Below are positions 37,689 to 48,319 of a DNA stretch of 64,000 nucleotides, piece after piece. Position 1 is the stretch's first letter. Every line of letters starts with the position of its first letter. The position numbers were made by a program, and so were the translations under genes. The notes beneath the pieces were generated by a model. The model was not told the origin of the DNA. It did no database searches and saw nothing but the letters and a program-made list of their open reading frames with translations. The DNA is taken from positions 96,001 to 160,000 of the forward strand of contig JACRKZ010000067.1 in assembly GCA_016235455.1 (NCBI GenBank), in the 5' to 3' direction. The DNA comes from Armatimonadota bacterium (GTDB lineage: Bacteria > Armatimonadota > UBA10988).

Positions 37689-38409
37689 ACCAACCGTTGT
37701 CGGGGTTGCCGTCACGGTCGAAATCGTCCAGTGCGCCGCGAGTCAGCGCCTTGGCATGCCCGTCGGCGAAGGTGACGTTGACCGTGTCCAGATGGCGCGC
37801 GGCCGGCTTGGCGCGGCAGCCGTCGGCGCCGCTGCCACCCTCGGCGCCTTCGCCGTAGTACCCGCTCGCTTTGCCACTGCCGCGAGCCGAGACATACGGC
37901 GGATCGACCACGTACTCACCGGCGCCGAGTGAACCGTCGTCGCGCCGCACGCCGGCGGTGTCGGCCAGGGCGACCGTCTGGGCCGGCACCTGGATCTGCG
38001 CGTCGACCGCCGTCCAGGGGAAGCGGCTGTTGCCCAGGTACTGGTAGTTGTAGCCCAAGCCGCCGAAGGTGGCCGTCGGATCGACCACGAACCGCTTGGC
38101 CATGTCGGCCGGGGCGGTGGGACAGCGGTAGGCCTGCACGTTCCTCACGTACGGGTAGATGTAGTCCGGCCACTTGGGCCGCACAGGCGCACTGGACGGC
38201 GCGGACATGAACGGATAGGCCTCGTAGTCGGTCACGTACATGGCCAGCGCGGCGCCCAGCTGCTTGCCCTGGCTCAGACACGAGATGGCCCGCGCCTTCT
38301 CGCGCGCTTTGGCGAACACGGGAAACAGGATGGCGGCGAGGATCGCGATGATGGCGATGACCACCAGCAGTTCGATGAGCGTGAACGCCGCACCACGTCG
38401 ACCAGTCAC
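37657..38409 (-). CDS. Prepilin-type N-methylation / H-X9-DG (DUF1559-like) protein 3
   Basis: [10 protein letters not shown]..., [28 protein letters not shown]; GTG start inferred. Confidence 0.9.
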   Translation of the reverse strand: MTGRRGAAFTLIELLVVIAIIAILAAILFPVFAKAREKARAISCLSQGKQLGAALAMYVTDYEAYPFMSAPSSAPVRPKWPDYIYPYVRNVQAYRCPTAPADMAKRFVVDPTATFGGLGYNYQYLGNSRFPWTAVDAQIQVPAQTVALADTAGVRRDDGSLGAGEYVVDPPYVSARGSGKASGYYGEGAEGGSGADGCRAKPAARHLDTVNVTFADGHAKALTRGALDDFDRDGNPDNGWFNGQADPGVR

Positions 38410-38524
38410 AATGCAGTCCCCAACGACGCCGATCGTAGCAGACCCAGTGCTGGATTTCGGTGAGCGGCGGAAGAGATCCGCGCGAGTCCGGCGAAACGGG
38501 GGCGGGTGACGCGGGAGCACACGG

Positions 38525-40243
38525 ATGTGGCGAGCAGGCGGACTCTGGTCGGTGATGGCGATGGCAGTGGTCGGCGCGGCGGCCGACGCCGCGGCTGAGC
38601 CCCGCGTGGTGGTGGGCGGCGAGATCGGCCGCGCCGCGCAGGCGGCCTTCGGTCGGCTGACCACGGCGCCGTTCGACTCGCTGGCCTGGCTGCGCGCCGA
38701 CCTGACCGGCGAGCAGGCGTCACCCCACGACGGCCAGTGGGGCCATCTGCTCAACCGGCCGTTCAAGAACTACTCGGGCGACATCTCGGGCCGCTACGTC
38801 GAGGTCATGGCGCTGCATTCGCGCGGCCAGATCGACGCGGGCTCGCTGCTGGCCAAACTGCAGGCCGAGGTGCCCGGCCAGCAGCGCGACGGCGGCTACT
38901 TCTCCGCGTTCGGCACCATCGACTGGCAGCAGCCCATCGACTTTGGCAACCAGGGCCTGAGCCAGCGCATGATGCCCGCGCTGTGGGGCAACAGCCGCCT
39001 GCTCTGCGGTCTGGTCCAGGCGTACCAGGCCGGCGGCGGCGAAAGCCTGCTGGCCTCGGCCCGTCGCCTCGGCGACTTCTACGTCGGCCTGCTGCCACGC
39101 TTCTGCGATCCGGCGCGCATGGCTGAGTATCAGGGCGGCGACACCTATGCCGCGGGCTACCCCATCTGCTACTTCCCGGCCATGGAGGGCCTGGTGCGGT
39201 TGTACCGCGTGACCCGCGACGCGCGCTATGTCGACACCGCGGCCCGTATGGCCGAGTTCCTCAAGCCGTTCGACCGCCTGCCCATCGACCATGCGCACGG
39301 CATGTTGTGCAACCAGGTGGCGCTGCTGATGCTGTACCAGGAAACCGGGCAGACGCCGTATCTGGCGCGCGTTGAGCAGCGCTGGGACGACCTGGTGGCG
39401 GGCGGCTACATCAACCCCGCCGGCGGCATCCTGGAGAAGTGCCGGCTGGCGTTCGACCGCGACGAAGGCTGCGCGCTGGCCGACTGGCTGCGGCTCAACC
39501 TGGAGCTGGGCCGTGTCACGGGCAAGGCGCGCTACTACGCCATGGCCGAGCGCACGTTGCACAACCACCTGCTGCGCAATCAGAGCGCCGCCGGTGGGTT
39601 CGGCCACCGCCACATGACCTGCGACGCGGGCGGCGTAGTGGGCTTCCAGCCGGGCATCGAGGAGTCCACCTGGTGCTGCGACTTCCACGGCGCACTGGCG
39701 CTCGAACTGCTCGGCGGCTACCTCGTCGAGCGCACGGCTGGCCGCATCATGCTGCCACTGGTGCTGGACTTCAGCTGGAGCGCCGACGGCGCGACGCTGA
39801 CCTCGGCCATGAGCGCGGGCCAGGGCGCGCAGGAGATCAGTCGCCAGACGGTGATGCTGACGGGCGCGCCGGCCACGACGCTCACCGTGCGCCGGCCGGC
39901 ATGGGCCGACAGCGTGACGGCCATCGGCGCGGACGGCAAGAGCCTGGCGCTGACCACCCAAGGCGACACCGTATCCACCAGCCGGCCCGTGACCGAGGCC
40001 ACGTTCATCTACGTGGGCAAGCTGTTTGCCGAGGACCGGCGCTGCGCGCGGCTGGCCACGGGGCCGGCGGCGGGCGGGGAGTTCGTGCTGTGCTACGGCC
40101 CGAAGCTGCTCGCGCTCGACGCCGATAGCACCCCCGCGGTGGCTTGGCCGGCGACGCTGGCCGACCTGACCGCGCAGGGCTGGCGGCCGTTGCCGGCGCC
40201 GAGCGCCAAGGCGGTGCGGATCGTGGCGACGCGGCGGCCGTGA
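38525..40243 (+). CDS. GH127/GH146-like beta-L-arabinofuranosidase-domain protein
   Basis: Signal peptide; GDISGRY, HAHG, DEGC..DW, AER...NHL, WCC Zn-binding motif, RRPAWA. Confidence 0.75.
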   Translation: MWRAGGLWSVMAMAVVGAAADAAAEPRVVVGGEIGRAAQAAFGRLTTAPFDSLAWLRADLTGEQASPHDGQWGHLLNRPFKNYSGDISGRYVEVMALHSRGQIDAGSLLAKLQAEVPGQQRDGGYFSAFGTIDWQQPIDFGNQGLSQRMMPALWGNSRLLCGLVQAYQAGGGESLLASARRLGDFYVGLLPRFCDPARMAEYQGGDTYAAGYPICYFPAMEGLVRLYRVTRDARYVDTAARMAEFLKPFDRLPIDHAHGMLCNQVALLMLYQETGQTPYLARVEQRWDDLVAGGYINPAGGILEKCRLAFDRDEGCALADWLRLNLELGRVTGKARYYAMAERTLHNHLLRNQSAAGGFGHRHMTCDAGGVVGFQPGIEESTWCCDFHGALALELLGGYLVERTAGRIMLPLVLDFSWSADGATLTSAMSAGQGAQEISRQTVMLTGAPATTLTVRRPAWADSVTAIGADGKSLALTTQGDTVSTSRPVTEATFIYVGKLFAEDRRCARLATGPAAGGEFVLCYGPKLLALDADSTPAVAWPATLADLTAQGWRPLPAPSAKAVRIVATRRP

Positions 40244-40250
40244 GCGGCGG

Positions 40251-40550
40251 CTATGCAGCCAGAAGCGGCGCCCCAAGCCCGGCCACGCTGCGTTCGACCG
40301 CCTGCTGCCAGTCCGGTTGCGACAGCGGATCGCCGCCCGTTCCATACTGGCGCCAGTAGCCAACGACGGTCAGGCCAACGACCTGGTCGTCGTCGAGCAG
40401 CCGCATGACGTGAGACCCGCTGGCATCCTCCTCGCCATACACCTCGTCGTCACGGTGGGCGAGCAGGCGGAGGTAGAGCACATCGTTGCGGACGTCGTAG
40501 TGGTAGAACAGGGCGCCCATCGAGACGCCTTCCACTGTCTCTACGGCCAT
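40251..40550 (-). CDS. DUF2283-like small protein (putative antitoxin)
   Basis: HYDVRNDVLYL...VVGLTV motif; start overlaps the upstream ORF; GGAG RBS. Confidence 0.7.
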   Translation of the reverse strand: MAVETVEGVSMGALFYHYDVRNDVLYLRLLAHRDDEVYGEEDASGSHVMRLLDDDQVVGLTVVGYWRQYGTGGDPLSQPDWQQAVERSVAGLGAPLLAA

Positions 40551-40885
40551 AGCTGGCTCCCATTGCCCACCCTCTTGACCAGGTGGGCGGTCTTCACGAT
40601 GCGCTTGGCGCCCGCCGCGTCGCGCACTTCCTCTGTTGCGACCATGATGAGCAGACCTGCCCTGCCGCACGGTCCGTAGTACTGCACGCCTGTCGGGTGC
40701 GCCGTGCGATTGGCGCTCTCAGTGACCACCGCCGGTGCAGTGATCGCGGCCTCGACCCAGGCCCGGTACCGCGCCAACTCGGGATGCCCGACCAGAAATT
40801 GGCGTGCCCAGGTGTCGTCCGCCAGTGTGACGCAGCGGCCCTGCGGGTCAACCAGCGTGGTTCTGGCATGAGCCCACCTGCCCAT
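40541..40885 (-). CDS. Putative BECR/RelE-fold nuclease toxin (possibly frameshifted at the 5' end)
   Basis: DPQGRCVTL..DTW...GHPEL...AITAP.VV..S...YY...IVKTAH...G..LWP pattern, of the kind paired with DUF2283-type genes. Confidence 0.55.
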   Translation of the reverse strand: MGRWAHARTTLVDPQGRCVTLADDTWARQFLVGHPELARYRAWVEAAITAPAVVTESANRTAHPTGVQYYGPCGRAGLLIMVATEEVRDAAGAKRIVKTAHLVKRVGNGSQLWP

Positions 40886-40886
40886 T

Positions 40887-42125
40887 CTACATCCGCGCGA
40901 TCATCGCATCCGCGAACTCGCTCGTCTTCAGCAACGTCGCACCCTCCATCAGCCGCTCGAAATCGTACGTCACGGTCTTCGCGGCGATGGTCTGCTCCAG
41001 CGCGGTGATGATCAGGTCGGCCGCCTCGGTCCAGCCCAGGTAGCGCAGCATCATCTCACCCGAGAGGATGACGCTGCCGGGGTTGACCTGGTCCAGCCCG
41101 GCGTAGCGCGGCGCGGTGCCGTGAGTGGCCTCGAAGACCGCGTGACCCGAGTCGTAGTTGATGTTGCCGCCCGGCGCGATGCCGATGCCGCCCACCTGCG
41201 CGGCCAGGGCGTCGCTCAGGTAGTCGCCGTTGAGGTTCAGCGTGGCGATCACATCGAACTCGCCCGGGCGCGTGAGCACCTGCTGCAGCGCGATGTCGGC
41301 GATGGCGTCCTTGATGATTAGGCCGCCGGGCAGCCGGCACCACGGGCCGCCGTCGATGGGCTCGGCGCCATACTTGTCCCGGGCGAGTTGGTAGCCCCAG
41401 TCGCGGAAGCCACCCTCGGTGAACTTCATGATGTTGCCCTTGTGGACAATCGTCACGCTCTTGCGGCCTGTGGCCAGGGCATAGTCGATGGCCGCACCGA
41501 CCAGCCGCTGCGAGCCCTCTTCACTGACGGGCTTCACGCCGAAGCTGCTGGTCTCAGGGAAGCGGATCTTCTTGACACCCATCTCGGCCTGCAGGAAGGC
41601 GAGGAACTTGGCCGCCTCGGGCGTGCCGGCCTTCCACTCGATCCCGGCGTAGATGTCCTCGGTGTTCTCGCGGAAGATGACCATGTCCACCAAATCGGGC
41701 CGCTTGACCGGCGAGGGCACGCCCTCGAACCAGCGCACGGGCCGCAGGCAGACATACAGGTCGAGATCCTGGCGCAAGGCCACGTTGAGCGAGCGGATAC
41801 CGCCACCGATGGGCGTGGTCAACGGCCCCTTGATGCCCACCAGGTTGGTGCGGAAGGCTTCGGTGGTCTCTTCGGGCAGCCAGGTACCCACGGCGTCGTA
41901 GGCCTTCTGGCCGGCCAGCACTTCCATCCAGCCCAAGGCGCGCGCGCCGCCGTACGCCTTGGCGACCGCGGCGTCGAACACGCGCACGGCAGCACGCCAG
42001 ATGTCGGGCCCGGTACCATCGCCCTCGATGAACGGGATGATCGGCTTGTCCGGCACCTGCAGCACGTCGGTCTTGGTGATGGGCGCGGCGTCGGCGGGCG
42101 GAACAGGGCGATAGATCGTGCTCAC
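40887..42125 (-). CDS. icd: NADP-dependent isocitrate dehydrogenase
   Basis: [70 protein letters not shown]. Confidence 0.97.
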   Translation of the reverse strand: MSTIYRPVPPADAAPITKTDVLQVPDKPIIPFIEGDGTGPDIWRAAVRVFDAAVAKAYGGARALGWMEVLAGQKAYDAVGTWLPEETTEAFRTNLVGIKGPLTTPIGGGIRSLNVALRQDLDLYVCLRPVRWFEGVPSPVKRPDLVDMVIFRENTEDIYAGIEWKAGTPEAAKFLAFLQAEMGVKKIRFPETSSFGVKPVSEEGSQRLVGAAIDYALATGRKSVTIVHKGNIMKFTEGGFRDWGYQLARDKYGAEPIDGGPWCRLPGGLIIKDAIADIALQQVLTRPGEFDVIATLNLNGDYLSDALAAQVGGIGIAPGGNINYDSGHAVFEATHGTAPRYAGLDQVNPGSVILSGEMMLRYLGWTEAADLIITALEQTIAAKTVTYDFERLMEGATLLKTSEFADAMIARM

Positions 42126-42186
42126 GGTGCTTCCCTCGGTTCTGGTGCGTTGACCGCCGATACCATACCAAGCCGAGGGGGTTCGG

Positions 42187-42963
42187 TCAACGCGTCGCGG
42201 TCCTGACGAACTCCAGCAGCGCCAGCCGCGCGGCATCGCCAGCGTTGGCGATGTTGTCGCCTACCGAACCGTGGTCGCGGTCGGCGATGCGCAGCGCGGT
42301 GGCGTTGGCGTGGCCGGCGGCGCGCAGCAACGCCACGAGGAACTCGATCTCCTCGGCGCGCGTGGGCATGTCCTGGTCGGCATACATGGCCAACACCGGC
42401 GGCGCCTCGGCGCGGGCCCAGCGCACCGGCGCGGCGTCGTCGGCGATCAGTTCATAGAGGCTCAGGCCGCGTTCGGCACGAATGGCGTGGTGCGTCATGG
42501 TCTGGCCACTGACCGGAATGAGCCCGGCCACCGCCCCCGCCGGCACGCCGGCCGCCGCCAGGTAGCCCGGATGCAGCCCGACGATGGCCGCCAGGTAGCC
42601 GCCCGCCGAGTGGCCTCCGATGAACAGACGGTTGGGGTTGCCGCCGTAGTGCGCGCAGTGCCGGTACGCCCACGCCACCGCCGCGGCGGCATCCTCGTTG
42701 TGCGCGGGATAGCAGGCCAGCGGATAGAGCCGGTAGTCGGGCATGACCACCAGCAGTCCCTCGTCAGCCAGCGCGCGCGCCACGGCCTGGTTGGCTTCGC
42801 CTTCCCTGCTGCCCTCTTCCAGCCCACCGCCGTAGAACCAGATGAGCACGTCGGCCGGCGCGCCCTCAGCGGACGCCGGTGGCAGGTAGATGTCCAGCTT
42901 GCAGCGGCGCTGCTCATAGTCGCTCAGGCCCGTGCCGGTCTTGTAGCTGATGTCGGTGATCAT
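42187..42963 (-). CDS. Alpha/beta hydrolase (esterase), cytoplasmic paralog
   Basis: LDIYLP, WFYGGGL, DYRL, GHSAGG nucleophile, RDHG; no signal peptide. Confidence 0.88.
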   Translation of the reverse strand: MITDISYKTGTGLSDYEQRRCKLDIYLPPASAEGAPADVLIWFYGGGLEEGSREGEANQAVARALADEGLLVVMPDYRLYPLACYPAHNEDAAAAVAWAYRHCAHYGGNPNRLFIGGHSAGGYLAAIVGLHPGYLAAAGVPAGAVAGLIPVSGQTMTHHAIRAERGLSLYELIADDAAPVRWARAEAPPVLAMYADQDMPTRAEEIEFLVALLRAAGHANATALRIADRDHGSVGDNIANAGDAARLALLEFVRTATR

Positions 42964-42973
42964 GGTGCGCGCC

Positions 42974-43831
42974 TCACTTGGCCGCCGCGTAGCGCTTGAC
43001 GAACTCGAGCAGCGCCATGCGTCCCGGGTCGCCATCGTCCTTGAGCTTGTCGGCCACGGTGCCGTGGTCGCGGCCGGCAACGCACAGGCCAGTCACCGCC
43101 TTGTGCCCCGCGGCCTTCAGCAGCGCCACCAGGAAGGCGTTCTCCTCGGCGCGGGCGGGCATGTCGTTGTCCGCGGACAGCACCAGCATCGGCGGCAACT
43201 CGGGCCGCACCCAGCGCACCGGTGCGGCGTCGTCGGCGGTAACCATGTAGCGGCTGATGCCGCGCTCCTCGCGAATGGTGTAGTGCGTCATGGTCTGGCC
43301 ACTGACGGGTATGAGCCCGGCGATGGCGCTGGTCGGCACACCGACCGCCTTGAGGTACTCGGGGTCCATGCCGACGATGAGCGTCAGGTACCCGCCAGCC
43401 GAGTGGCCCCCGACAAACAGCCGGTCGGGGTCGCCGCCAAACTCGGCGATGTGCTGGTGCGCCCAGCCAACCGCGGCGGCGGCGTCTTGGATGTAGGCCG
43501 GATAGGTAGCCTTAGGGCTCAGCCGGTAGTCGGGCACGACCACCACCAGGCCCTCTTTGACCAGGCTGCGCGCGATGGCCACGGTGCCCGCGCCGTACTT
43601 CTCGCCGCCGGTCAGGCCGCCACCGTAGAACCACACTAGCACGGGCGCCTTGGTCGCGCCGGGCGGCGAGTAGACGTCGAGCTTGCAGCGCGTGATCTCA
43701 TAAGCGCTCAGCGAGTCGCCGGCCTTGTACGGCAGGTCGAGCTTGACCACCGGCTCGGCGGCCAGGCTGGCACTCGCCACCGCGGCCACCAACAGCAACA
43801 GGCCAACCGATCGCTTGATCATCGCGTGCAT
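42974..43831 (-). CDS. Alpha/beta hydrolase (esterase), secreted paralog
   Basis: Signal peptide IKRSVGLLLLVAAVASASLA; WFYGGGL, GHSAGG, RDHG. Confidence 0.88.
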   Translation of the reverse strand: MHAMIKRSVGLLLLVAAVASASLAAEPVVKLDLPYKAGDSLSAYEITRCKLDVYSPPGATKAPVLVWFYGGGLTGGEKYGAGTVAIARSLVKEGLVVVVPDYRLSPKATYPAYIQDAAAAVGWAHQHIAEFGGDPDRLFVGGHSAGGYLTLIVGMDPEYLKAVGVPTSAIAGLIPVSGQTMTHYTIREERGISRYMVTADDAAPVRWVRPELPPMLVLSADNDMPARAEENAFLVALLKAAGHKAVTGLCVAGRDHGTVADKLKDDGDPGRMALLEFVKRYAAAK

Positions 43832-43941
43832 GGCGTCCTTCCCATCTGGCTCTGATGGTAGCCGATGCCCGGCACGACGACCAGACTGGCTTCGCGCCGC
43901 TGGGCTTGATACACTGGCGCCCGATGCTGGAGATCGGTCGC

Positions 43942-45396
43942 ATGAACCGTCGCGAGATCCTCTGCTCGAGCCTGGCGCTGGCCGGCACACGCTGGTTGCG
44001 GGCCGCAGGCCCCACGGTCTGCGCGCATCTGGTGGCCAAGGTCGACGATCCCGGCGCCATCCCGATGCCCGGCGCGCGGCGCGCCTCGTTTGGTTGGCAA
44101 TCGGCGGCCATTGGCGCCGAGCCGCTACGACTGACCTGGCCCGACCTGCCGGCCGATGCCCAGGTGACTCGACTGCGCATCGCCGCGGCGCTCGATGAGC
44201 GCGATGTCAAGCGCATCGACGCCTTCGCGCTCAAGACCGGCGCCCCACTGGGCACCATCGAAGTGCGCTTTGCCAGCCAGTTCCAGCTCTATGAACTGCC
44301 CATCACGCGAAACCAGGCTGCCGACGGCGTCGGTCTGAAGCTGGCCGAAGGCGCGCCGATGCGTGTCTTCACCCACGGCGACACGCTGCCGCCGGCTCTG
44401 GCCGTGCATCTGCTCGTGCCTGGCCAGGCCTCGCCCGAAGCCGAGTTCCTGCGCCGCCTGGACTCGCTGGCCTGCGTGCAGCAGTTCGGCTGGATGGAAG
44501 GCTGCGTGGTCGACGGTCTGCTCGACCTGGCCGCCATCCCCCGTTACGCGCACCTGCGCGCCGCCGCGCAACGGCACCTGGACCTGTTCGTCAACGGCGG
44601 CCAACTGACCTACGACGGCCCCCGCTGCGAGATCATCAGCAACCGCATCTACGGCATCGAAGGGCCGTTGCCGCTCGCCGCGCTGGCCCAGCTCGCGCCC
44701 AGCAGCCCCGTGCTCGACCTGCTGCCGGCGTTCTGCGCGGCACGGCAGGATGCCGACGGCGCCGTACTCGACGGCCGCAGCGCCAGCAGCGAGGGCGCCT
44801 ACACCGTCGGCTATCCACTGGCCGTGCTGGCCCGCGTGCGCGGCGACGACGCGCTGGCCAAGGCGGCGCTGGCGCAACTGGGCACGCGCCAGGCGCGGCT
44901 GTTCGTCGACGGGCAGTTCTACCGCACGCACAACGCCGATGGCGGCCGCGGTGACCGCAACTGGGCGCGTGGCATGGCCTGGCAGATGCTGGGCTATGCG
45001 CGCGTCCTGCGCGAACTGCGTGACCGCACGGACCTGGCACCACTCATCGGCGACCTGCGCGCCCTGGCCACGCATGTGCGGCGGCTGCAACGGCCCGATG
45101 GCCTGTGGTCGGTGTTTGCCGACGACCAGACGCTCACCCCCGACACCGGCGGCAGCGCCGGCATCGCCGCGGCCTTGGCCATCGGCGCCCGCCAAGGCTG
45201 GCTGGGTGCCGAGGACCGGGCCGCCGCGCAGCGCTGCCAGCACGCGCTCCTGACCCGGCTGACCCCCGACGGGTTCCTGAGTGGCGTGTCGCAGTCCAAC
45301 AAGGGTGGCGGCGCCCTGCAGCGCAGCGACTACCGGGTCATCTACCAGATGGGAATGGGTCTGCTGGCGCAGTTGATGGCGGCCCTGGCCGAGTAG
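43942..45396 (+). CDS. GH88/GH105-like unsaturated uronyl hydrolase with Tat-like signal
   Basis: MNRREILCSSLALAG; WARGMAW, LQRPDGLW, DTGGSAGIAAAL alpha-toroid motifs. Confidence 0.75.
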   Translation: MNRREILCSSLALAGTRWLRAAGPTVCAHLVAKVDDPGAIPMPGARRASFGWQSAAIGAEPLRLTWPDLPADAQVTRLRIAAALDERDVKRIDAFALKTGAPLGTIEVRFASQFQLYELPITRNQAADGVGLKLAEGAPMRVFTHGDTLPPALAVHLLVPGQASPEAEFLRRLDSLACVQQFGWMEGCVVDGLLDLAAIPRYAHLRAAAQRHLDLFVNGGQLTYDGPRCEIISNRIYGIEGPLPLAALAQLAPSSPVLDLLPAFCAARQDADGAVLDGRSASSEGAYTVGYPLAVLARVRGDDALAKAALAQLGTRQARLFVDGQFYRTHNADGGRGDRNWARGMAWQMLGYARVLRELRDRTDLAPLIGDLRALATHVRRLQRPDGLWSVFADDQTLTPDTGGSAGIAAALAIGARQGWLGAEDRAAAQRCQHALLTRLTPDGFLSGVSQSNKGGGALQRSDYRVIYQMGMGLLAQLMAALAE

Positions 45397-45406
45397 GAGC
45401 AGGCGC

Positions 45407-46468
45407 ATGGCCTACATGGGACCCAACCCGACCGACGTGAACCAGACCATCGCCGAGGTCGGCATCGCCCGCGCCATCGGCAGCCACCATGTGGCCAGCC
45501 TGCTGTTCACATACCGCTGCACCATCGCCTGCGGGCACTGCCTGTTCGCCTGCTCGCCCACACTGCCCGACGTCTGCTGCGAGCTTGACGAGGCGGTCGA
45601 TTGGCTGGGCCAGCTGCTGAGCACCAACCGCGTGGTGCATATCGCCGGCGGCGAGGCGATGATCGCCTGGGACCGCCTGCTGGCCGTGTGTCGCGCGGCG
45701 TCGGCGGCCGGCGCTATGCCGCACTTCATCGAGAGCAACGCCTCCTGGGCCACCTCTGATGTACTGGTGCGCGAGCGGCTGACGCTGCTGCGCGACCTGG
45801 GTCTGCGCGGCATGTTGTACAGCGCCGACCCGTACCATCAGGCGTTCGTGCCGCCCGAGCGCCGACTGCGCGCGTACACCATCGCCGTCGAGGTGTTTGG
45901 CGCCCAGAACGTCATCGCCGCGGATCTGACGCTGCCGCAATTGGAGGAACTGCGCGAGATCGGTCGCGACGAGCAACGCCTGGCCGACTACACGCGCTCG
46001 CATCCGCCCAATCTGGTCGGGCGCGCCGGCGACTCGCTGGCCGCCCACTTCCCTGACCGACCGCTGGACGAGCTGGCCGGCGATCGCTTGTGGCACGGCG
46101 AGCACAGCCAACGGCACTGCCAGATCGAGTTCGACCCGCGGCGCATGTGGGAGATCCACATCGACCCGTACGGCAATCTGCAGACCTGCTGCGGCATCGT
46201 GCTGGGCAACCTGCGCCGTCGCTCGCTGGCCGACCTGATGGGCAACGGCTTCGACGACAGCGCCGTGCTCCGCGCCGTGCGCGACGATGGGCCGTTCGCG
46301 CTGCTGGCGCTGGCCGAGTCGCACGGCTACCAGCGCCGGCCCGGCTACAAGCAGAAGTGTCATCTCTGCTGGGAGGTGCGCAGGCACCTGCGCACGTACT
46401 ATCCAGAGCAACTGGGCCCCGACGAGGTCTATGGAGAACCGTCATCCACACCGCCATCCTCTCGCTGA
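45407..46468 (+). CDS. Radical SAM protein with SPASM/twitch-like C-terminus
   Basis: CTIACGHC, AGGE, ESNASWA, SADPYHQAFVP, DPYGNLQTCCG..LGN, CHLC. Confidence 0.88.
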   Translation: MAYMGPNPTDVNQTIAEVGIARAIGSHHVASLLFTYRCTIACGHCLFACSPTLPDVCCELDEAVDWLGQLLSTNRVVHIAGGEAMIAWDRLLAVCRAASAAGAMPHFIESNASWATSDVLVRERLTLLRDLGLRGMLYSADPYHQAFVPPERRLRAYTIAVEVFGAQNVIAADLTLPQLEELREIGRDEQRLADYTRSHPPNLVGRAGDSLAAHFPDRPLDELAGDRLWHGEHSQRHCQIEFDPRRMWEIHIDPYGNLQTCCGIVLGNLRRRSLADLMGNGFDDSAVLRAVRDDGPFALLALAESHGYQRRPGYKQKCHLCWEVRRHLRTYYPEQLGPDEVYGEPSSTPPSSR

Positions 46469-48303
46469 CCATCGCCGCGCTGACCGCACCCTCGCCCGTG
46501 CCTGACCCGCGGCATCTGTCCAACGGCTGGCCCATCCCCAGCGAGGGCTATGCTGACCAGCCTTACGTGGTGCGCTGTGACGACGGCGCCTGGCTCTGCG
46601 TGATGACCACCGGCCGCGGCGAGGAAGGCGCCACCGGGCAGCATGTGGTGGCCCTGCGCAGCCTCGACCACGGCCGCACCTGGTCGGAGATCGTGCCCAT
46701 CGAGCCCGCCGACGGCCCCGAGGCCAGCTATGCCGTGCTGCTCCGGACGCCGTTCGGCCGCGTCTATGCCTTCTACAACCACAACACCGACCGGGTGAAG
46801 GAGGTCAAGCGCGAGGACAAGGGCGTCTACCGGCGTGTGGACTCGCTGGGCCACTATGTCTTCCGCTACAGCGACGACAGCGGCAAGACCTGGTCGGCCC
46901 AGCGCTACGATGTGCCGGTGCGCGAGTTTGCCTGCGACCGCGAGAACGTCTACGGCGGCGCGCTACGCTTCTTCTGGAACGTCGGCCGCCCGCTGCCCCT
47001 CGCCGACCGCGGAGCGCTCATGGTGCTGCACAAGGTCGGCGCCATGGGCGATGGGTTCTTCGCGCGCAGCGAGGGTGCGTTCCTCCACAGCGCCAACATC
47101 CTGATCGAGCGCGACCCGGCCAAGATCGCCTTCGACACCCTACCCGACGGTGAGGTCGGACTCCGTGCGCCGGCGGGCGGCGGGCGCGTCAGCGAAGAGC
47201 AGAGCGTCGTGCAGCTCTCTGACGGCTCGCTCTACTGCGTCTACCGCACCATCGCCGGCTGGCCCACCGCCTGCTACTCGCGGGACGGCGGGCACACCTG
47301 GACGGCACCGGCTTACATGGTGCGTGAGCCGGGCGGGCCACGCCTGAAGCATCCGCGCGCGGCCAACTTCGTCTGGAAGTGCGCCAACGGCAAGTACCTG
47401 TACTGGTTCCACAACCACGGCGGCGCGTTCGTCGGCCGCATGGCCGGCGGGCCGGACACGGTCGGGCCGCGCTACCCGGGCAGCCCGTATGACGACCGCA
47501 ACCCCGCCTGGCTGGTCGCGGGTGAGGAGCGTGATACGCCCGAGGGCCGGGTCATCGTCTGGTCGCAGCCCGAGATCGTGCTGTACGACGACGACCCGTT
47601 CATCCGCATGAGCTACCCCGACCTGGTCGAGGATGGCGGCGAGACCTACCTGACCGAGACGCAGAAGACCATCGGCCGCGTCCACCTGCTGCCCCGGCCG
47701 CTGCTCGAGGGGCTATTCGGTCAGTCGAGCCACCGTGAGGTGGCGCGCAGCGGGCTGCTGGCCGAGCATCTCGCGCCCGCGGCCGCCGTGACCATGCCCC
47801 GCCTGCCCGAACTGCTCACCCGCGACACCGCGCGCGGCGACAACGGCACTCGCGACCTGCGCGCGGGCTTCAGCCTGGAGCTGAGCCTGGCACTGACCTC
47901 GCTCGACGCCGGCCAGACACTGTTCGACTCGCGTGACGCCGACGGGCGTGGCATCCTGCTGACCACGGTCGACGGCGGCGCCGCGCGCCTGACACTCACC
48001 GACGGCCGCCAGTCGGCCGCGTGGGACAGCGACCGGGGAGTGCTGCGCGTCGGCGCACCGACGCACCTGGTGGCAACGGTCGATGGCGGACCGAAGATCA
48101 TCACCTTCGTGGTGGATGGCGTGCTGTGTGACGGCGGCGAGCAGCGGCAGTTCGGCTGGGGTCGCTACAGCCCGACATTGCGCACGCCGCACGGCGCGGC
48201 CAGCGCGAGGCTGGCGCCGACGGTGACGGCGCTACGCATCTATGGACGGGCCTTGCGCACCAGCGAGGCCGTAGGCAATCAGCGGGCCGCACTGGCCAAG
48301 TGA
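46444..48303 (+). CDS. BNR/sialidase-fold protein with C-terminal LamG-like domain; start uncertain (ATC candidate)
   Basis: Asp-boxes SLDHGRTW, SDDSGKTW, SRDGGHTW; SYPD; hydrophobic signal-like HTAILSLTIAALTA after GGAG. Confidence 0.8.
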   Translation: MHTAILSLTIAALTAPSPVPDPRHLSNGWPIPSEGYADQPYVVRCDDGAWLCVMTTGRGEEGATGQHVVALRSLDHGRTWSEIVPIEPADGPEASYAVLLRTPFGRVYAFYNHNTDRVKEVKREDKGVYRRVDSLGHYVFRYSDDSGKTWSAQRYDVPVREFACDRENVYGGALRFFWNVGRPLPLADRGALMVLHKVGAMGDGFFARSEGAFLHSANILIERDPAKIAFDTLPDGEVGLRAPAGGGRVSEEQSVVQLSDGSLYCVYRTIAGWPTACYSRDGGHTWTAPAYMVREPGGPRLKHPRAANFVWKCANGKYLYWFHNHGGAFVGRMAGGPDTVGPRYPGSPYDDRNPAWLVAGEERDTPEGRVIVWSQPEIVLYDDDPFIRMSYPDLVEDGGETYLTETQKTIGRVHLLPRPLLEGLFGQSSHREVARSGLLAEHLAPAAAVTMPRLPELLTRDTARGDNGTRDLRAGFSLELSLALTSLDAGQTLFDSRDADGRGILLTTVDGGAARLTLTDGRQSAAWDSDRGVLRVGAPTHLVATVDGGPKIITFVVDGVLCDGGEQRQFGWGRYSPTLRTPHGAASARLAPTVTALRIYGRALRTSEAVGNQRAALAK

Positions 48304-48319
48304 ACCGAAAGGCGAAACG

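Noticed and set aside
40887-40980. Codon-style shift at the icd 3' end as proof of a phage-supplied replacement end
   Set aside because: Similar shifts occur at other gene ends here, and no duplicate icd tail or integrase is in the window.
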